A stretch of DNA of 32,000 nucleotides from Pseudoalteromonas translucida KMM 520 (GTDB taxonomy: Bacteria > Pseudomonadota > Gammaproteobacteria > Enterobacterales > Alteromonadaceae), in the NCBI RefSeq assembly GCF_001465295.1, contig NZ_CP011034.1, forward strand, positions 1,710,001-1,742,000, read 5' to 3'. How positions within the stretch are numbered: position 1 is the first letter of the stretch; each line of letters opens with the position of its first letter. Below the pieces are notes generated by a model that saw nothing but the letters and a program-made list of their open reading frames with translations, was not told the DNA's origin and ran no database searches. Below are positions 1-9,877 of this stretch, in pieces. The translations under genes were made by a program, and so were the position numbers.

Positions 1-965
1 CCTTCTACTTTTAGCATTGCTAGCGCGCCTTTGTTAAATGCTCTAAAAATAGAATGATCGACCAAAATAAAAGTACCCGGTACTTCTACTTTAAATTCAA
101 CAATGGCAGCGCCGCCAGCGGGGATCAATGTGGTTTGTACGTTGTGATTTTTTAAACTGCCGCCTTCTACATAAACGGTATCAAAAATTTCGCCTATTAC
201 ATGAAAAGATGAAACCAAATTAGGGCCACCATTGCCAATATATAACCGAACTGTTTCACCTACCTTAGCGATTAAAGAATTTTCATCTGTGGTACTGCCT
301 ACTGAGCCATTAAATACTACGTAGTCTGCGTCTTCATCAATTGCTTTTGCCATATCAAAAGGTTGCAAGCCAGCTTCACCAAATTCACCTTTAGTATAAA
401 AATCCCCTTGTACTAAATAATACTCACGGTCTACAGGCGCAAGGCCTTCTTTTGGTTCAACTAAAATTAAGCCATACATGCCATTGGCTATGTGCATACC
501 AACAGGAGCAGTGGCGCAATGGTAAATATAAAGCCCTGGGTTAAGTGCTTTAAAATTAAATGTAGAAGTGTGCCCTGGGGCTGTAAATGACGACTCCGCG
601 CCACCACCAGGGCCTGTTACTGCATGTAGGTCAATATTGTGCGGCATTTTTGAACTAGGGTGATTTGAGAGGTTAAACTCTATTTCATCTCCTTCTCTAA
701 CTCTAATAAAGCTCCCTGGTACGGTTTCACCAAATGACCAAAATACATATTCAACGCCATCGGCAATTCTGCCTACTTGTTCTCTTGTTTCTAGGTTGAT
801 AACTACTTTTGCACTGTGATCTCTATTAATGGCGGGTGGCACCATAGGAGGAGGCGTTAGTATTGCTTGTTCAGTTTTTAAATTACTGGCAGCAAGTAGG
901 TTACCACTAAATAAAATAGCTAATAGAGGGAGCCATAGAGTGTGCTTATTAGGTTGTATTTTCAT
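1..965 (-). CDS. nirK: Copper-containing nitrite reductase (NirK family), N-terminal ~321 codons; the C-terminus runs off the window start
   Basis: Absent from the supplied ORF track because there is no stop in the window. My reverse-strand translation from ATG (965-963) gives [26 protein letters not shown] (signal peptide) ... [18 protein letters not shown] ... [21 protein letters not shown] ... [11 protein letters not shown] ... [14 protein letters not shown]. These are the type-1/type-2 copper ligand blocks characteristic of NirK. Confidence 0.88.
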   Translation of the reverse strand, partial: MKIQPNKHTLWLPLLAILFSGNLLAASNLKTEQAILTPPPMVPPAINRDHSAKVVINLETREQVGRIADGVEYVFWSFGETVPGSFIRVREGDEIEFNLSNHPSSKMPHNIDLHAVTGPGGGAESSFTAPGHTSTFNFKALNPGLYIYHCATAPVGMHIANGMYGLILVEPKEGLAPVDREYYLVQGDFYTKGEFGEAGLQPFDMAKAIDEDADYVVFNGSVGSTTDENSLIAKVGETVRLYIGNGGPNLVSSFHVIGEIFDTVYVEGGSLKNHNVQTTLIPAGGAAIVEFKVEVPGTFILVDHSIFRAFNKGALAMLKVE

Positions 966-1216
966 TTTATATTTTCCATTATAAATGACGATTAACTTAG
1001 TATTGCGCTTAAGTGCAAAAATGTATTGATGCAGATCAATTAACTGCCGATGAACAAAAGTTTAGTACTGATCAGCAATGTTAACGAGTTTGATTTTAGG
1101 CCTACAGTTTGTTTTTATTGAGGTATAGATTTTTATCAGTCAGTTAGCGATTTATTGTTGTAAGCATACTGTTAACTTTCTTTGGAAACGATATAATAAA
1201 GTTAATATCAATAAGG

Positions 1217-1696
1217 ATGATGATGACAAATCAAGTAGAGGTTTCGGCCAAAAATGGAATGCATTTTAAGTTTTATAGTGATGACGTAGAAGTTACCTAT
1301 TACTGCTCGCCCGTATCGGGAAAAGAAGTTGTAAAAGTTAACGGTGAGATAGTTAGCGAAGCACAAAACTTTAAGTTTAGCTCTACTCATCAGTTTGAAG
1401 TAAATGGCAACCCAGCCAAAATTAGGTTAAATGCCCACGGTTTAACTAAAAGCGTAACACTTTGTGAGTTTTTTGTGGCTGATGAATTAGTTAAAGCTTA
1501 TAAACTTACTTACGGTACCAAAGGTAAAGTTCCGCTTATGGCTCAGCTTGTTATTAGTGTTATTGCCGCTGCAGTGGGTTGGTTTTTTGCAGCACAGCTT
1601 TTATCATCTTGGTTAGCTTTTGCAATAGTGATAGCACTTTTAGGATTAGCACTGTTTAAATTTGAAAAACCAAACTGGGAGTGCGAAGAGCTTTAG
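1217..1696 (+). CDS. Hypothetical membrane-anchored protein
   Basis: 159-aa ORF with three consecutive ATGs at its start. A soluble N-terminal ~110 aa is followed by two hydrophobic segments (LMAQLVISVIAAAVGWFFAAQLL, WLAFAIVIALLGLALF). A hairpin terminator follows. No family recognised. Confidence 0.6.
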   Translation: MMMTNQVEVSAKNGMHFKFYSDDVEVTYYCSPVSGKEVVKVNGEIVSEAQNFKFSSTHQFEVNGNPAKIRLNAHGLTKSVTLCEFFVADELVKAYKLTYGTKGKVPLMAQLVISVIAAAVGWFFAAQLLSSWLAFAIVIALLGLALFKFEKPNWECEEL

Positions 1697-1745
1697 TAAC
1701 GCATTTATAAAATTTTAAATTACCTACATTATATTCCGTATTTTT

Positions 1746-1778
1746 AACACTGTAGCTAGCCCTAGCTGCAGTGTTTTT
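1746..1778 (+). terminator. Rho-independent terminator candidate after the 1217..1696 gene
   Basis: AACACTGTAGCTAG (1746-1759) pairs with CTAGCTGCAGTGTT (1762-1775): 14 bp with one G-U position and a very short loop. It runs into TTTTT (1774-1778). Confidence 0.6.
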
Positions 1779-1891
1779 ATTTAATAAAGTTAACAAAATT
1801 TATTGCTCATTTACCTATTCGAGTAGTAGTATAGCCGACCTTTTTAGCTCAGTAACTGAGCTAAATACTACTATAAAAATTTAGGTTATTA

Positions 1892-2701
1892 ATGAAGTTA
1901 TGTATTTTCGGTTTTTTATTTGCGTTTAGTGTCTGTTTTAGTTCCCTTGCTTTAGCGCAAACTACGCAAGAGTATAGTGCTGTGCAAAATGTTTCAGCAG
2001 ATGCAGCGGGTCATATAAAAGTTGAGACGTTAACTAACATTGAACCTAATAACAGCTACGACTGGCACATTCACTCCTATTGGGAAAACCGCTATGTTAC
2101 TGAGGGGCGTGATAATTTAGCAAATAAAGGGATTGCATCTGTATCTACAGAGCTAAATTATGAAAATTTCATAATTATTCCTTGGTTTGCTAAAGGTATT
2201 AATACCGACTATTCAGAAGTTAATTTAAATATAATATATGCAACGGCCTTATCAAAAAACCTTGAGCTATTAAGTGGGTATAGTGCAATTGCCTCGCGCG
2301 AAGAAAGCAGTAACGCTTACGATAATGAGGTTAGCCTTGAGCTTATTTACTCTTTTGCACAGCAGATTCAGCTTATAAGTAGTTTATATTATTCTTTTGA
2401 TGCACAAGGTGCTTTTTTAGATGTTGCGCTAAATAAACAGTATCAATTAACGCCAGTAATGCAGCTTGATTTTAAAACCAGTGTTGGCTTTAATTCGGGG
2501 TATGTGGCCGATGGGCATAATGGTGCTAATCATGTGCAATTTAGTACCAATTTATCTTACTCAGTAATAAAAAACATACAGTTATACGCATATAGCAACT
2601 ACAGTTTGGCTATTAATAAAGATTCTAACCGCTATGCCGATGATGAATTATTACAAGATGTATTTTGGGCGGGACTTGGTTTAAGTTATCAATACCGATA
2701 G
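1892..2701 (+). CDS. Putative outer-membrane beta-barrel protein
   Basis: Signal peptide MKLCIFGFLFAFSVCFSSLALA/Q. The body is Tyr/Asn/Ser-rich with alternating hydrophobic residues, and the C-terminus is aromatic (GLGLSYQYR). Family not recognised. Confidence 0.6.
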   Translation: MKLCIFGFLFAFSVCFSSLALAQTTQEYSAVQNVSADAAGHIKVETLTNIEPNNSYDWHIHSYWENRYVTEGRDNLANKGIASVSTELNYENFIIIPWFAKGINTDYSEVNLNIIYATALSKNLELLSGYSAIASREESSNAYDNEVSLELIYSFAQQIQLISSLYYSFDAQGAFLDVALNKQYQLTPVMQLDFKTSVGFNSGYVADGHNGANHVQFSTNLSYSVIKNIQLYAYSNYSLAINKDSNRYADDELLQDVFWAGLGLSYQYR

Positions 2702-2851
2702 TGCCGATAGATATAAATTAAATAGTCATTGTGCTAGATCATTAAAAGCTTACTTTAAACACTGTAAAAGTTTTAAACGCGCTAAACTTCTTAAGTACGG
2801 TGTGCTTGAGAAGTACACAGCGCATTTATTTCTTAGATTTTTAGAGGTTTT

Positions 2852-3400
2852 ATGGCTATAAAAAACACATCTACCCATTACAATAAATTCTCAATAACCT
2901 TGCACTGGCTAATGCTATTAGTATTAATTGCTGTGTATGCATCTATTGAACTACGGGTTTTATTTGATAAGGGCACAGAAACTCGCGATTTATTTAAAAT
3001 GTGGCATTTTATGCTGGGGTTATCAGTTTTATTGCTTGTTACTATTAGGCTATTTATTCGTTTAAAAAGTGGTTCTAAACCATTAATAACGCCCAGACCA
3101 GCAAAATGGCAAACCATGGCAGCTAGTATTACGCACATTGCACTTTATGCTTTTATGTTTGCAATGCCTTTGGCTGGTTGGTTTATGCTGAGTTTATTTG
3201 ATGCGCCAATCCCTTTTTATGGCTTTGAATTACCCGCATTAGCGGCAAAAAACACTGATCTGGCAAAACAAATTAAATACATACACGAAACAACGGGCGT
3301 ACTTGGTTATTACTTAATTGCATTACATGCCAGCGCAGCACTTTTGCATCATTATATTATTAAAGACAATACACTTAAGCGCATGCTGTTTAAAAAATAA
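2852..3400 (+). CDS. Cytochrome b561 family protein (CybB-like)
   Basis: 182 aa with four predicted TM helices. N-terminal FSITLHWLMLLVLIAVY plus later conserved His residues (WHFMLG, ITHIALY, ALHASAALLHH) fit the bacterial cytochrome b561 family. AGAGG lies 4 nt upstream of the ATG. Confidence 0.8.
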   Translation: MAIKNTSTHYNKFSITLHWLMLLVLIAVYASIELRVLFDKGTETRDLFKMWHFMLGLSVLLLVTIRLFIRLKSGSKPLITPRPAKWQTMAASITHIALYAFMFAMPLAGWFMLSLFDAPIPFYGFELPALAAKNTDLAKQIKYIHETTGVLGYYLIALHASAALLHHYIIKDNTLKRMLFKK

Positions 3401-3687
3401 CGGTTAGTAAAAAATGTCGCCTTATAACTTAAGTCGGCATTTTAATATAAAAGGTATTATTTAATAACAGCATGTTGCAGTTTCTTACCCAGTATTCCAC
3501 CAAGCAGTAATAAAACGAGGTAAATCCAACCAGACAATGAAAAATTAGCGATGGGGGAGATAAAGCAAGCTATACGTCATAATGCTCTATGTTGTAAGTA
3601 ATTGAAGTAGATGATTAAAAATATATTAGAGATTAAAAGTGGACTTAACTGGTAGGGAAGTATTTAAAGTAAATAATTATAAAAATA

Positions 3688-3723
3688 ATATAAACACTCT
3701 ATTTGCCAATAAAGTGTTTATAT
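3688..3723 (-). terminator. Rho-independent terminator candidate for the SCO1/SenC gene
   Basis: Perfect 11-bp inverted repeat: ATATAAACACT (3688-3698) and AGTGTTTATAT (3713-3723), with a 14-nt loop. On the minus strand it is followed by a U-rich tract (complement of 3670-3687). It lies 35 nt downstream of the stop at 3758. Confidence 0.5.
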
Positions 3724-3757
3724 TTGTATTTTTAGTAATAGTGAATAGGTTAGAAGT

Positions 3758-4417
3758 TTAAAAATTGGCAAGTTCCTTAGCAGTGAAAGTTGCATTACTA
3801 ATTAACCCCGTTTTTTGAAACTTGATCCTGCCTTGCTTATCAAGCACCGTCATTAAATTAGAGTGCTCTACCTCGCTATCCCCTATATTTTGATACTTAA
3901 TGTTTAATACCTCAGCTAAGCTGCGCACATCATCGGCTGAGCCTGTTAATAAGCTCCAATTATGTGCACTTAGTTTTCTGCTTTGTGCAAAGCTTTGTAA
4001 TACCGTCGGGGTGTCTGTATCAGGGGTAAGCGAGACTAATATAAACCCAACATTGTTTTTTTCTTCATCACTAAGCTTATTTTCAATAGCTTGCATGGTC
4101 GACACTATAGTAGGGCAGGTATGCGCACAGTGTGTATAAATAAGGCTCACTATTTGCTTTTTACCACTAAAGCTACTTAATAAACGCTCGTGGCCGTCTT
4201 GATCTAACCAGGTATTATTTAATTGGTATACCGAGTTTTGAGGAATGTTTTGAGCTGGAGCTTGCTTGCTATCTTTAGATGAAGCTTGAGCATAGGCTTG
4301 TAAGTAAGCCTGTGTGTAGGTTTGTGAGAAGCCTAATGAGTAAGAGGCTGAACTGCTTAATAATGCCGTAACAGTACACATTTTAAAAAATAGTGTTATC
4401 GATTTAAATTTTATCAT
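3758..4417 (-). CDS. SCO1/SenC family copper chaperone (thioredoxin-like)
   Basis: Signal/anchor sequence followed by the CxxxCP motif (YTHCAHTCPT) and a downstream His (VEHSN). The size is typical of SCO1/SenC. Confidence 0.8.
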   Translation of the reverse strand: MIKFKSITLFFKMCTVTALLSSSASYSLGFSQTYTQAYLQAYAQASSKDSKQAPAQNIPQNSVYQLNNTWLDQDGHERLLSSFSGKKQIVSLIYTHCAHTCPTIVSTMQAIENKLSDEEKNNVGFILVSLTPDTDTPTVLQSFAQSRKLSAHNWSLLTGSADDVRSLAEVLNIKYQNIGDSEVEHSNLMTVLDKQGRIKFQKTGLISNATFTAKELANF

Positions 4418-4767
4418 TTTGATACTCCATTAAAAAACCACAATTAACTTGGTGTTGCGCTATTAAGCAAAAGGGTTTATGCAGAACAACTAACTAAATG
4501 TAAATTATGTTAACATTATTTAGTGTTGATTATTGATACTATCGAGTTTTAATAGCTGCACATCGTTTATTTGTACTATATAAATCGTCTAAAAGCATTT
4601 AAATGTAAAATTATTGTTTTATTTATGTTGGGTGTTGTTTGCCTGTTGTGCTCAGTTTTTAGCTGTTAAATATTTTCAAGTATCTAAAAATTAAAACTAA
4701 TAATTTATATACTGATATTTACTTAACTACGCTATGAAGCATATTTATAAACAATGGCGAGTTATTA

Positions 4768-5121
4768 ATGAGTGATGCAGCAACATTAAAAAGTGCAGAC
4801 GAAAAGTTTTGTTCGGACTGTGGAGGCGTAATTAGTTTAAAAGCAGAGATTTGTCCTAAATGTGGGGTAAGACAAACAGCGCAACCTAACTCATTAGGTG
4901 GTACTGCGCCCAATGGTAAAAGTAAAATAGCTGCAGCACTGCTTGCGGTATTTTTGGGTGGCTTTGGTGTTCATAAGTTTTACTTAGGGCAAATTGGCTT
5001 AGGCTTTATTTATCTGTTGTTCTTTTGGACAGCTATTCCGGCGATCATTGCATTTGTAGAGTTTATTATTTTATTAACCATGAGCGATGAAGCGTTTAAT
5101 AATAAGTATGGTTACGACTAG
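4768..5121 (+). CDS. Zinc-ribbon plus TM2 domain membrane protein
   Basis: N-terminal CSDCGG-x12-CPKCG zinc-ribbon pattern. C-terminal AALLAVFLGGFGVHKFYLGQ...FWTAIPA matches the TM2-domain two-helix signature. Confidence 0.75.
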   Translation: MSDAATLKSADEKFCSDCGGVISLKAEICPKCGVRQTAQPNSLGGTAPNGKSKIAAALLAVFLGGFGVHKFYLGQIGLGFIYLLFFWTAIPAIIAFVEFIILLTMSDEAFNNKYGYD

Positions 5122-5171
5122 AAGGTGTTTGACCTTCTAGGTTAAGGGTTATATTGCTTTAACTAACAATA

Positions 5172-5209
5172 AAAAACGCCAAAAGCATGTATGCGCTTTT
5201 GGCGTTTTT
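5172..5209. terminator. Bidirectional rho-independent terminator between convergent genes
   Basis: AACGCCAAAAGC (5175-5186) pairs with GCTTTTGGCGTT (5195-5206): 12 bp with an 8-nt loop. It is flanked by an A-run on the left and TTTTT on the right. It sits between the TM2 gene (+) and the aminopeptidase gene (-). Confidence 0.8.
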
Positions 5210-5232
5210 GTGTTTTAGCCTAATGTGTATAT

Positions 5233-6750
5233 TTAATTACTAAGTAGCCATTCACTCAATAAACGCACGCCAAACCCGGTACCGCCTGCAGATACTTCGT
5301 CTTTGCCTTTTTTAGCTAATGCATTACCAGCTATGTCAATGTGTACCCAGCGAGTGTCACCGGCAAAATGCTCTAAAAAGCTTGCTGCAGTAGTTGCACC
5401 AGGGCCGCTGGAGCCAACATTGGTTAAATCAGCAATATCCGACTTTAAAGCATCTTTATAACCTAAAGGTAGGCGCCATAAGTTTTCGTTAACCTGTTTA
5501 CCGGCTAAGGTTAATTGCGTCACTAATTTATCATCTTGTGAAAATACTGCCGCATATTCATTGCCAACAGCACCTACTTTAGAGCCTGTTAAGGTAGCTA
5601 CATCAATCATAATTTCAGGATTAAAGTGCTTGCGCGCATACCACATTGAATCGCTAAGAACCAAGCGGCCCTCTGCGTCGGTATTAAGTATTTCTACACT
5701 TAAGCCTTCAGCGGTACGTACTACGTCGCCCGGTGCTACAGCAAATTGCGACACCATGTTAGCGGCCATCCCCATCACTGCAACTACGTTTTTATCTGCT
5801 TTAGCAAGGGCCATAGCTTTTACTGTACCCAGCACCGCTGCTGCACCTGCCATGTCTGATTTCATTCGTGCAATAGATGCACCTGTTTTAATGCTGTAGC
5901 CGCCAGAGTCAAATGTAATACCTTTACCTATTAGGGCAATAGGTGCGTCGTTAGAGCCTTTATAATGAGCAACTACAAGGCGAGCGCCTTGTTCGCTACC
6001 ACGACCAACGGCTTCAAGCGCTCCCATGCCTAGCTCTTTTAATTGGGCTGGCTCAAGTACGCTAATAGTAACGCCAAGAGACTCTAATTCTTTAGCTGCA
6101 TTTGCAAAGTCGACCGGGGTCATGTGGGTAGCAACTTCAGAGGTTAAGTCGCGGGCTAAAAACACCCCTGCTTGAATGCTTTGCAGCAACTGATATGTTT
6201 TTTGTGTTTGCTTAGTATTGGTAACATCAAATGTGTAACTAATGGTTTCTGTGTTGGCTTTTTGCTTATACTTTTCAAAGCGGTGGTCACGTAAATTAGC
6301 ACCATGAGCAAAGTTAGCTGCTAACTCGGCATTATTATTTAAGCCGGTTACGTCATCAAATATTACACTTGCGGTTGTTACTTTATTGCCAAGTAAGCGA
6401 GCATGTATATTGCCACCTAATTTTGCAATACGGGCTTTATCTAGTTCTTTTTGTTTACCCGTACCTACCACTAATATACGATCATATTTACTGTTTTGTG
6501 GTGCTATAAGTTCGGCAACACTGGCGTAATCGCCCTTAAAATTTTCAATGTCTATTACGCGCTGTAAATGCTGTTTAAACTCTTTATTAAGTGCTTTAAA
6601 CTGTTTGTTTTTTCCATCTTGGCTATAAAATACGACTAATGTTTGTGCATCTTTGTTTATGTTTGATGAGAAAGTAAACTCAGCTGCGTGCGAACTCATG
6701 CCAGCACAAAGCGCTATAGCTAAGGAAGAGGCTTTAATTATGTTTGTCAT
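5233..6750 (-). CDS. M17 family leucyl aminopeptidase with N-terminal signal peptide
   Basis: Contains GKGITFDSGGYSIK, MKSDMAGAA and the NTDAEGRL motif diagnostic of M17 (PepA-type) aminopeptidases. The N-terminus MTNIIKASSLAIALCAGMSSHA looks like a secretion signal. Confidence 0.88.
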   Translation of the reverse strand: MTNIIKASSLAIALCAGMSSHAAEFTFSSNINKDAQTLVVFYSQDGKNKQFKALNKEFKQHLQRVIDIENFKGDYASVAELIAPQNSKYDRILVVGTGKQKELDKARIAKLGGNIHARLLGNKVTTASVIFDDVTGLNNNAELAANFAHGANLRDHRFEKYKQKANTETISYTFDVTNTKQTQKTYQLLQSIQAGVFLARDLTSEVATHMTPVDFANAAKELESLGVTISVLEPAQLKELGMGALEAVGRGSEQGARLVVAHYKGSNDAPIALIGKGITFDSGGYSIKTGASIARMKSDMAGAAAVLGTVKAMALAKADKNVVAVMGMAANMVSQFAVAPGDVVRTAEGLSVEILNTDAEGRLVLSDSMWYARKHFNPEIMIDVATLTGSKVGAVGNEYAAVFSQDDKLVTQLTLAGKQVNENLWRLPLGYKDALKSDIADLTNVGSSGPGATTAASFLEHFAGDTRWVHIDIAGNALAKKGKDEVSAGGTGFGVRLLSEWLLSN

Positions 6751-6965
6751 TGTTTAACCCAAAAGAATACAAAGCCCTGTTTTACCTTATTTTAGCCCAA
6801 TAGGTTAAGCCCTATACGTTGAATGCGCAATTTATAGCGATATGTAGCCTTTAAATTTAAACGAGCGCTATTACTTGAGATAAAACTTTAAATAAAATAG
6901 AGTATTACACAGCTAAAAGGGTTATTAATTTAAGCCGTTATTACTTCCTTAATTGAGAAAATACA

Positions 6966-8780
6966 GTGCAAGCCAAAGAAATTCGTAACTTTTATATTAA
7001 CGAAGAGCAATCTGTTTATTTGCTCTCACACCACGATGCTAAAAAGCATCGGCAGTGGCTTAATATATGTATTAAAAAACTTACCTTACTTGGTTACGAA
7101 AATGTAGAAATGATTGGCTCAGGCGCTTTTGGTTTTGTATTTGCGGGGCATGACGATACCGGCTTACCTTGGGTATTTAAGTTTTCGCGTATTACACTAG
7201 CGCAAAGTATACGCGACCGCCTAGAAGACGAAGCTTACATGCTATCGCAAATTAACAATCCACTTGTACCTGAATTTTATGCATTTGAGCGAATTAAAAA
7301 ACAAGGTATTTTAATGATGGCTCGCGCTATGGGCGAAGACCTTGAAAAAGTATCGTTAAAAAAAGGCCGAATTGGCGCTGCAAAAATTATGACGCTGGCA
7401 GTGCGACTCAGAAACGTGCTGCTCGATCTGCGTAATCATAATACGGGTATAACAGCGCAACCTATTGTGCACGGCGACATTAAACCTTCAAACTTAGTAT
7501 GGGACGAAGCCAGTGATGCACTGTCGTTAGTGGATTGGGGAAGCTCGGTATACGCGCAAATAGACAGTGACGGCAACCCTATTGCCAGTAATTTTATGGA
7601 TTTAATGTCGGCAGACCTAAGCACAACTAACGCACGTATGGGCGATGTGTACTTTATTGGTGAAGCACAAATGTCGGGAGAGCAATCATCTCCGCGTTTT
7701 GATGAGCAAGGCGTAGCGGCAACTTTGTACGCGCTTGCTTCTGCACAGTCTTGCCGGTTTGGAGTAGACGTTATTCCGGCCAGCAGTTTAGGGCTTCCAA
7801 TAGAGCTGGCTAAAGTAATTGACGGTATGCTCTCTAAAAACAAACAAGTGAGAAATAGCGCAGGTGACTACTTTATGCGTAACATTACTAATATGGCGAA
7901 AGCCTACTTACCCGAGTTGCCTAAAAAAGTAGTTAAAGCCGCTATTCCGTTTTGGTTTAGTTATGACGAAGAGCCCGAAACCGTTGTATACAGTTCACGA
8001 AAACAGTTTTTACGCCAAGCGGATCATAAGCAGCAATTACTTGATGTAAACGATGCCCAATTAGATCGTTACTATAAAGAATTTTTGTTTGATACCGGGG
8101 ATACCGAAAAAGCATTTTTAGCTTCAATTAGTCGTTTAGCAAAATACCCTGCTGTAGGCGGGTTAAGCTTTCATTGGAAAGATGAGTCACTGTTTGTTGA
8201 ATCATCGCTAATTTTGTATAACGAAACGTTAGCCGCTGCATTTACCGATGCAGTAAATAACACCGTAATGCTGGCACAAGCAATTAGCCAAAAAGGACTG
8301 TTTAAATGTTGTTTGTTTGACGCGCGTAAAACTATTCAGCTAGAGCGCGACAGAACCGGCGCTTTTAAGTTTGAAAGTTTACCCGAACTTGATTTTGAAA
8401 CGGTGAATGTAAATGCCAGTGATGTAACCCGGTCACATTCTTACTTTGAAGATGGTAAAGATCCCGACGAGCAACTACAACTGCCTAAAAAAGTAATTAA
8501 ATGTGTGTTTGAACTAAACCAAATACATCACACTGGCTGTATTATTTTTGAAGCGCTGCCCGATAGGCTCAAAATACATCATTACTACCGACTGCTCGAT
8601 GCCAGTAAAGAAGATGAGTTTAGGCGGCTGCTTAATAAGTTGATGCAATACGCAGTTAATATTACCGATGTAGGGGTAGCCGGTTTTATGAAGTTACCTT
8701 ACAAAAATACTCGTGAGTTTAGTTTGTGTGAGCAGCAGGGCAATCATTACTATCCTAAAAACCCAAAAGTGACAGTTTAA
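6966..8780 (+). CDS. Hanks-type Ser/Thr protein kinase-like protein with an uncharacterised ~300-aa C-terminal region
   Basis: GTG start. It carries a glycine loop (IGSGAFGFVF), a catalytic loop (HGDIKPSNLV) and a DFG-equivalent (VDWGSS). No TM segment. The C-terminal half is unrecognised. Confidence 0.75.
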   Translation: MQAKEIRNFYINEEQSVYLLSHHDAKKHRQWLNICIKKLTLLGYENVEMIGSGAFGFVFAGHDDTGLPWVFKFSRITLAQSIRDRLEDEAYMLSQINNPLVPEFYAFERIKKQGILMMARAMGEDLEKVSLKKGRIGAAKIMTLAVRLRNVLLDLRNHNTGITAQPIVHGDIKPSNLVWDEASDALSLVDWGSSVYAQIDSDGNPIASNFMDLMSADLSTTNARMGDVYFIGEAQMSGEQSSPRFDEQGVAATLYALASAQSCRFGVDVIPASSLGLPIELAKVIDGMLSKNKQVRNSAGDYFMRNITNMAKAYLPELPKKVVKAAIPFWFSYDEEPETVVYSSRKQFLRQADHKQQLLDVNDAQLDRYYKEFLFDTGDTEKAFLASISRLAKYPAVGGLSFHWKDESLFVESSLILYNETLAAAFTDAVNNTVMLAQAISQKGLFKCCLFDARKTIQLERDRTGAFKFESLPELDFETVNVNASDVTRSHSYFEDGKDPDEQLQLPKKVIKCVFELNQIHHTGCIIFEALPDRLKIHHYYRLLDASKEDEFRRLLNKLMQYAVNITDVGVAGFMKLPYKNTREFSLCEQQGNHYYPKNPKVTV

Positions 8781-8840
8781 GCATAGAAAATTCAACCATT
8801 TAGTTGGTTACAATAAAGGTTAAATATAAAGTTAGGTAAT

Positions 8841-9272
8841 ATGGCTAAAATAAAACCGATAATTACGCTGCAAAGCTACGGTATATACTCAACATGGGAT
8901 AACGACAGTAAAGCATTGCCACAAATAGAGCAATTTACTACTGAGGTCATCGCTACTCTTGATGTTGAATTTGGTTTGATCATAAATATTAAAAAAGCCA
9001 AAGGCGAAAAACTACATTACTGTATTTATCATCCTAATATACCTGATGACGAAGGCGATATAATGCCTCCTTTTTCCGGAGTAGTGTATGTTAAAGACAG
9101 CGACTGGCATTTTTATTTAGGCGATACTTTATGGCCACCAATTAATAATAAACTTGGTAATTGGCGCATGACCATAGAGTACAATGGCAAACTTATAGCG
9201 GATAAAACATTTAATGTAGCACTGGCTACAGAGCGCTCAGATGTAGATTTTTGGCAAGATAGGGGCTACTAA
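8841..9272 (+). CDS. Hypothetical small protein (possibly DUF3859-like; recollection only)
   Basis: 143-aa ORF beginning 60 nt after the kinase stop on the same strand. No catalytic motif recognised. Confidence 0.55.
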   Translation: MAKIKPIITLQSYGIYSTWDNDSKALPQIEQFTTEVIATLDVEFGLIINIKKAKGEKLHYCIYHPNIPDDEGDIMPPFSGVVYVKDSDWHFYLGDTLWPPINNKLGNWRMTIEYNGKLIADKTFNVALATERSDVDFWQDRGY

Positions 9273-9338
9273 GTTACTAAAGTGGAGTTTATATAGCTGT
9301 TGTAGTTAATTTACATGGTATGAGTAGATTAGCGTAAT

Positions 9339-9362
9339 AAAAAAGCCGGCAATGCCAGCTTT
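9339..9362 (-). terminator. Rho-independent terminator candidate for the 9389..9805 gene
   Basis: On the minus strand, AGCUGGC-AUU-GCCGGCU (7-bp stem with one G-U) is followed by UUUUUU (complement of the A-run at 9339-9344). Confidence 0.6.
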
Positions 9363-9388
9363 AATAGTGTGTACTGTAACCTTGTGGT

Positions 9389-9805
9389 TTAGTTACCCCA
9401 AGGGTTAGTTGAGCTAACACGCTGTTTACGGGTACGCGCACGTTGCTTAGTCTCTTTTTTCTCCATGATACGCTTTGCATCAGTAAAGCTTAACTCACAC
9501 GGCTCACCAGGTTTATGATCAGCAGGGATCACGCGATCACGCGGTGGTAATTCGTATTGCACATCATCAGGACGTGGTAAGTTTTTAAGGCGATACAAAT
9601 AAAAGTTATCTACTTTTTCTTGTGCCCACTGTGTTTTACGTAAAAATTTAACCGCAGATTTAAGATCAGGATTATTTTTAAAGCAATTTAGCTGTAAATA
9701 AGCGTATAGGAGTTCCCACCCATATTGTTCAACCAGCTCTTCAACCACTTGTTCTAATTTTACGCCTTGCAGTGGGTTATTACTGAAAAGTTCTTGGTTG
9801 CTCAT
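9389..9805 (-). CDS. DUF2132 / VF530-like small putative DNA-binding protein
   Basis: NPLQGVKLEQVVEELVEQYGWELLYAYLQLNCFKNNPDLKSAVKFLRKTQWAQEKVDNFYL matches my memory of the DUF2132 (VF530) fold family. The track start at 9832 is a TTG. ATG 9805 is preceded by GAGG 8 nt upstream, so I prefer it. Confidence 0.65.
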   Translation of the reverse strand: MSNQELFSNNPLQGVKLEQVVEELVEQYGWELLYAYLQLNCFKNNPDLKSAVKFLRKTQWAQEKVDNFYLYRLKNLPRPDDVQYELPPRDRVIPADHKPGEPCELSFTDAKRIMEKKETKQRARTRKQRVSSTNPWGN

Positions 9806-9877
9806 AGGTGTTACCTCGTTATTAAAATACAAATTGTATTATAAATTTAATAACGAGGCTTTAACAGAGTAAATAGC

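Noticed and set aside
1844-1864. 9-bp-stem hairpin, TTAGCTCAG-TAA-CTGAGCTAA, 28 nt upstream of the outer-membrane-barrel gene start.
   Set aside because: The structure is real but has no U-tract and no recognisable regulatory motif. It could be a 5' UTR stabiliser or chance. No function can be supported.
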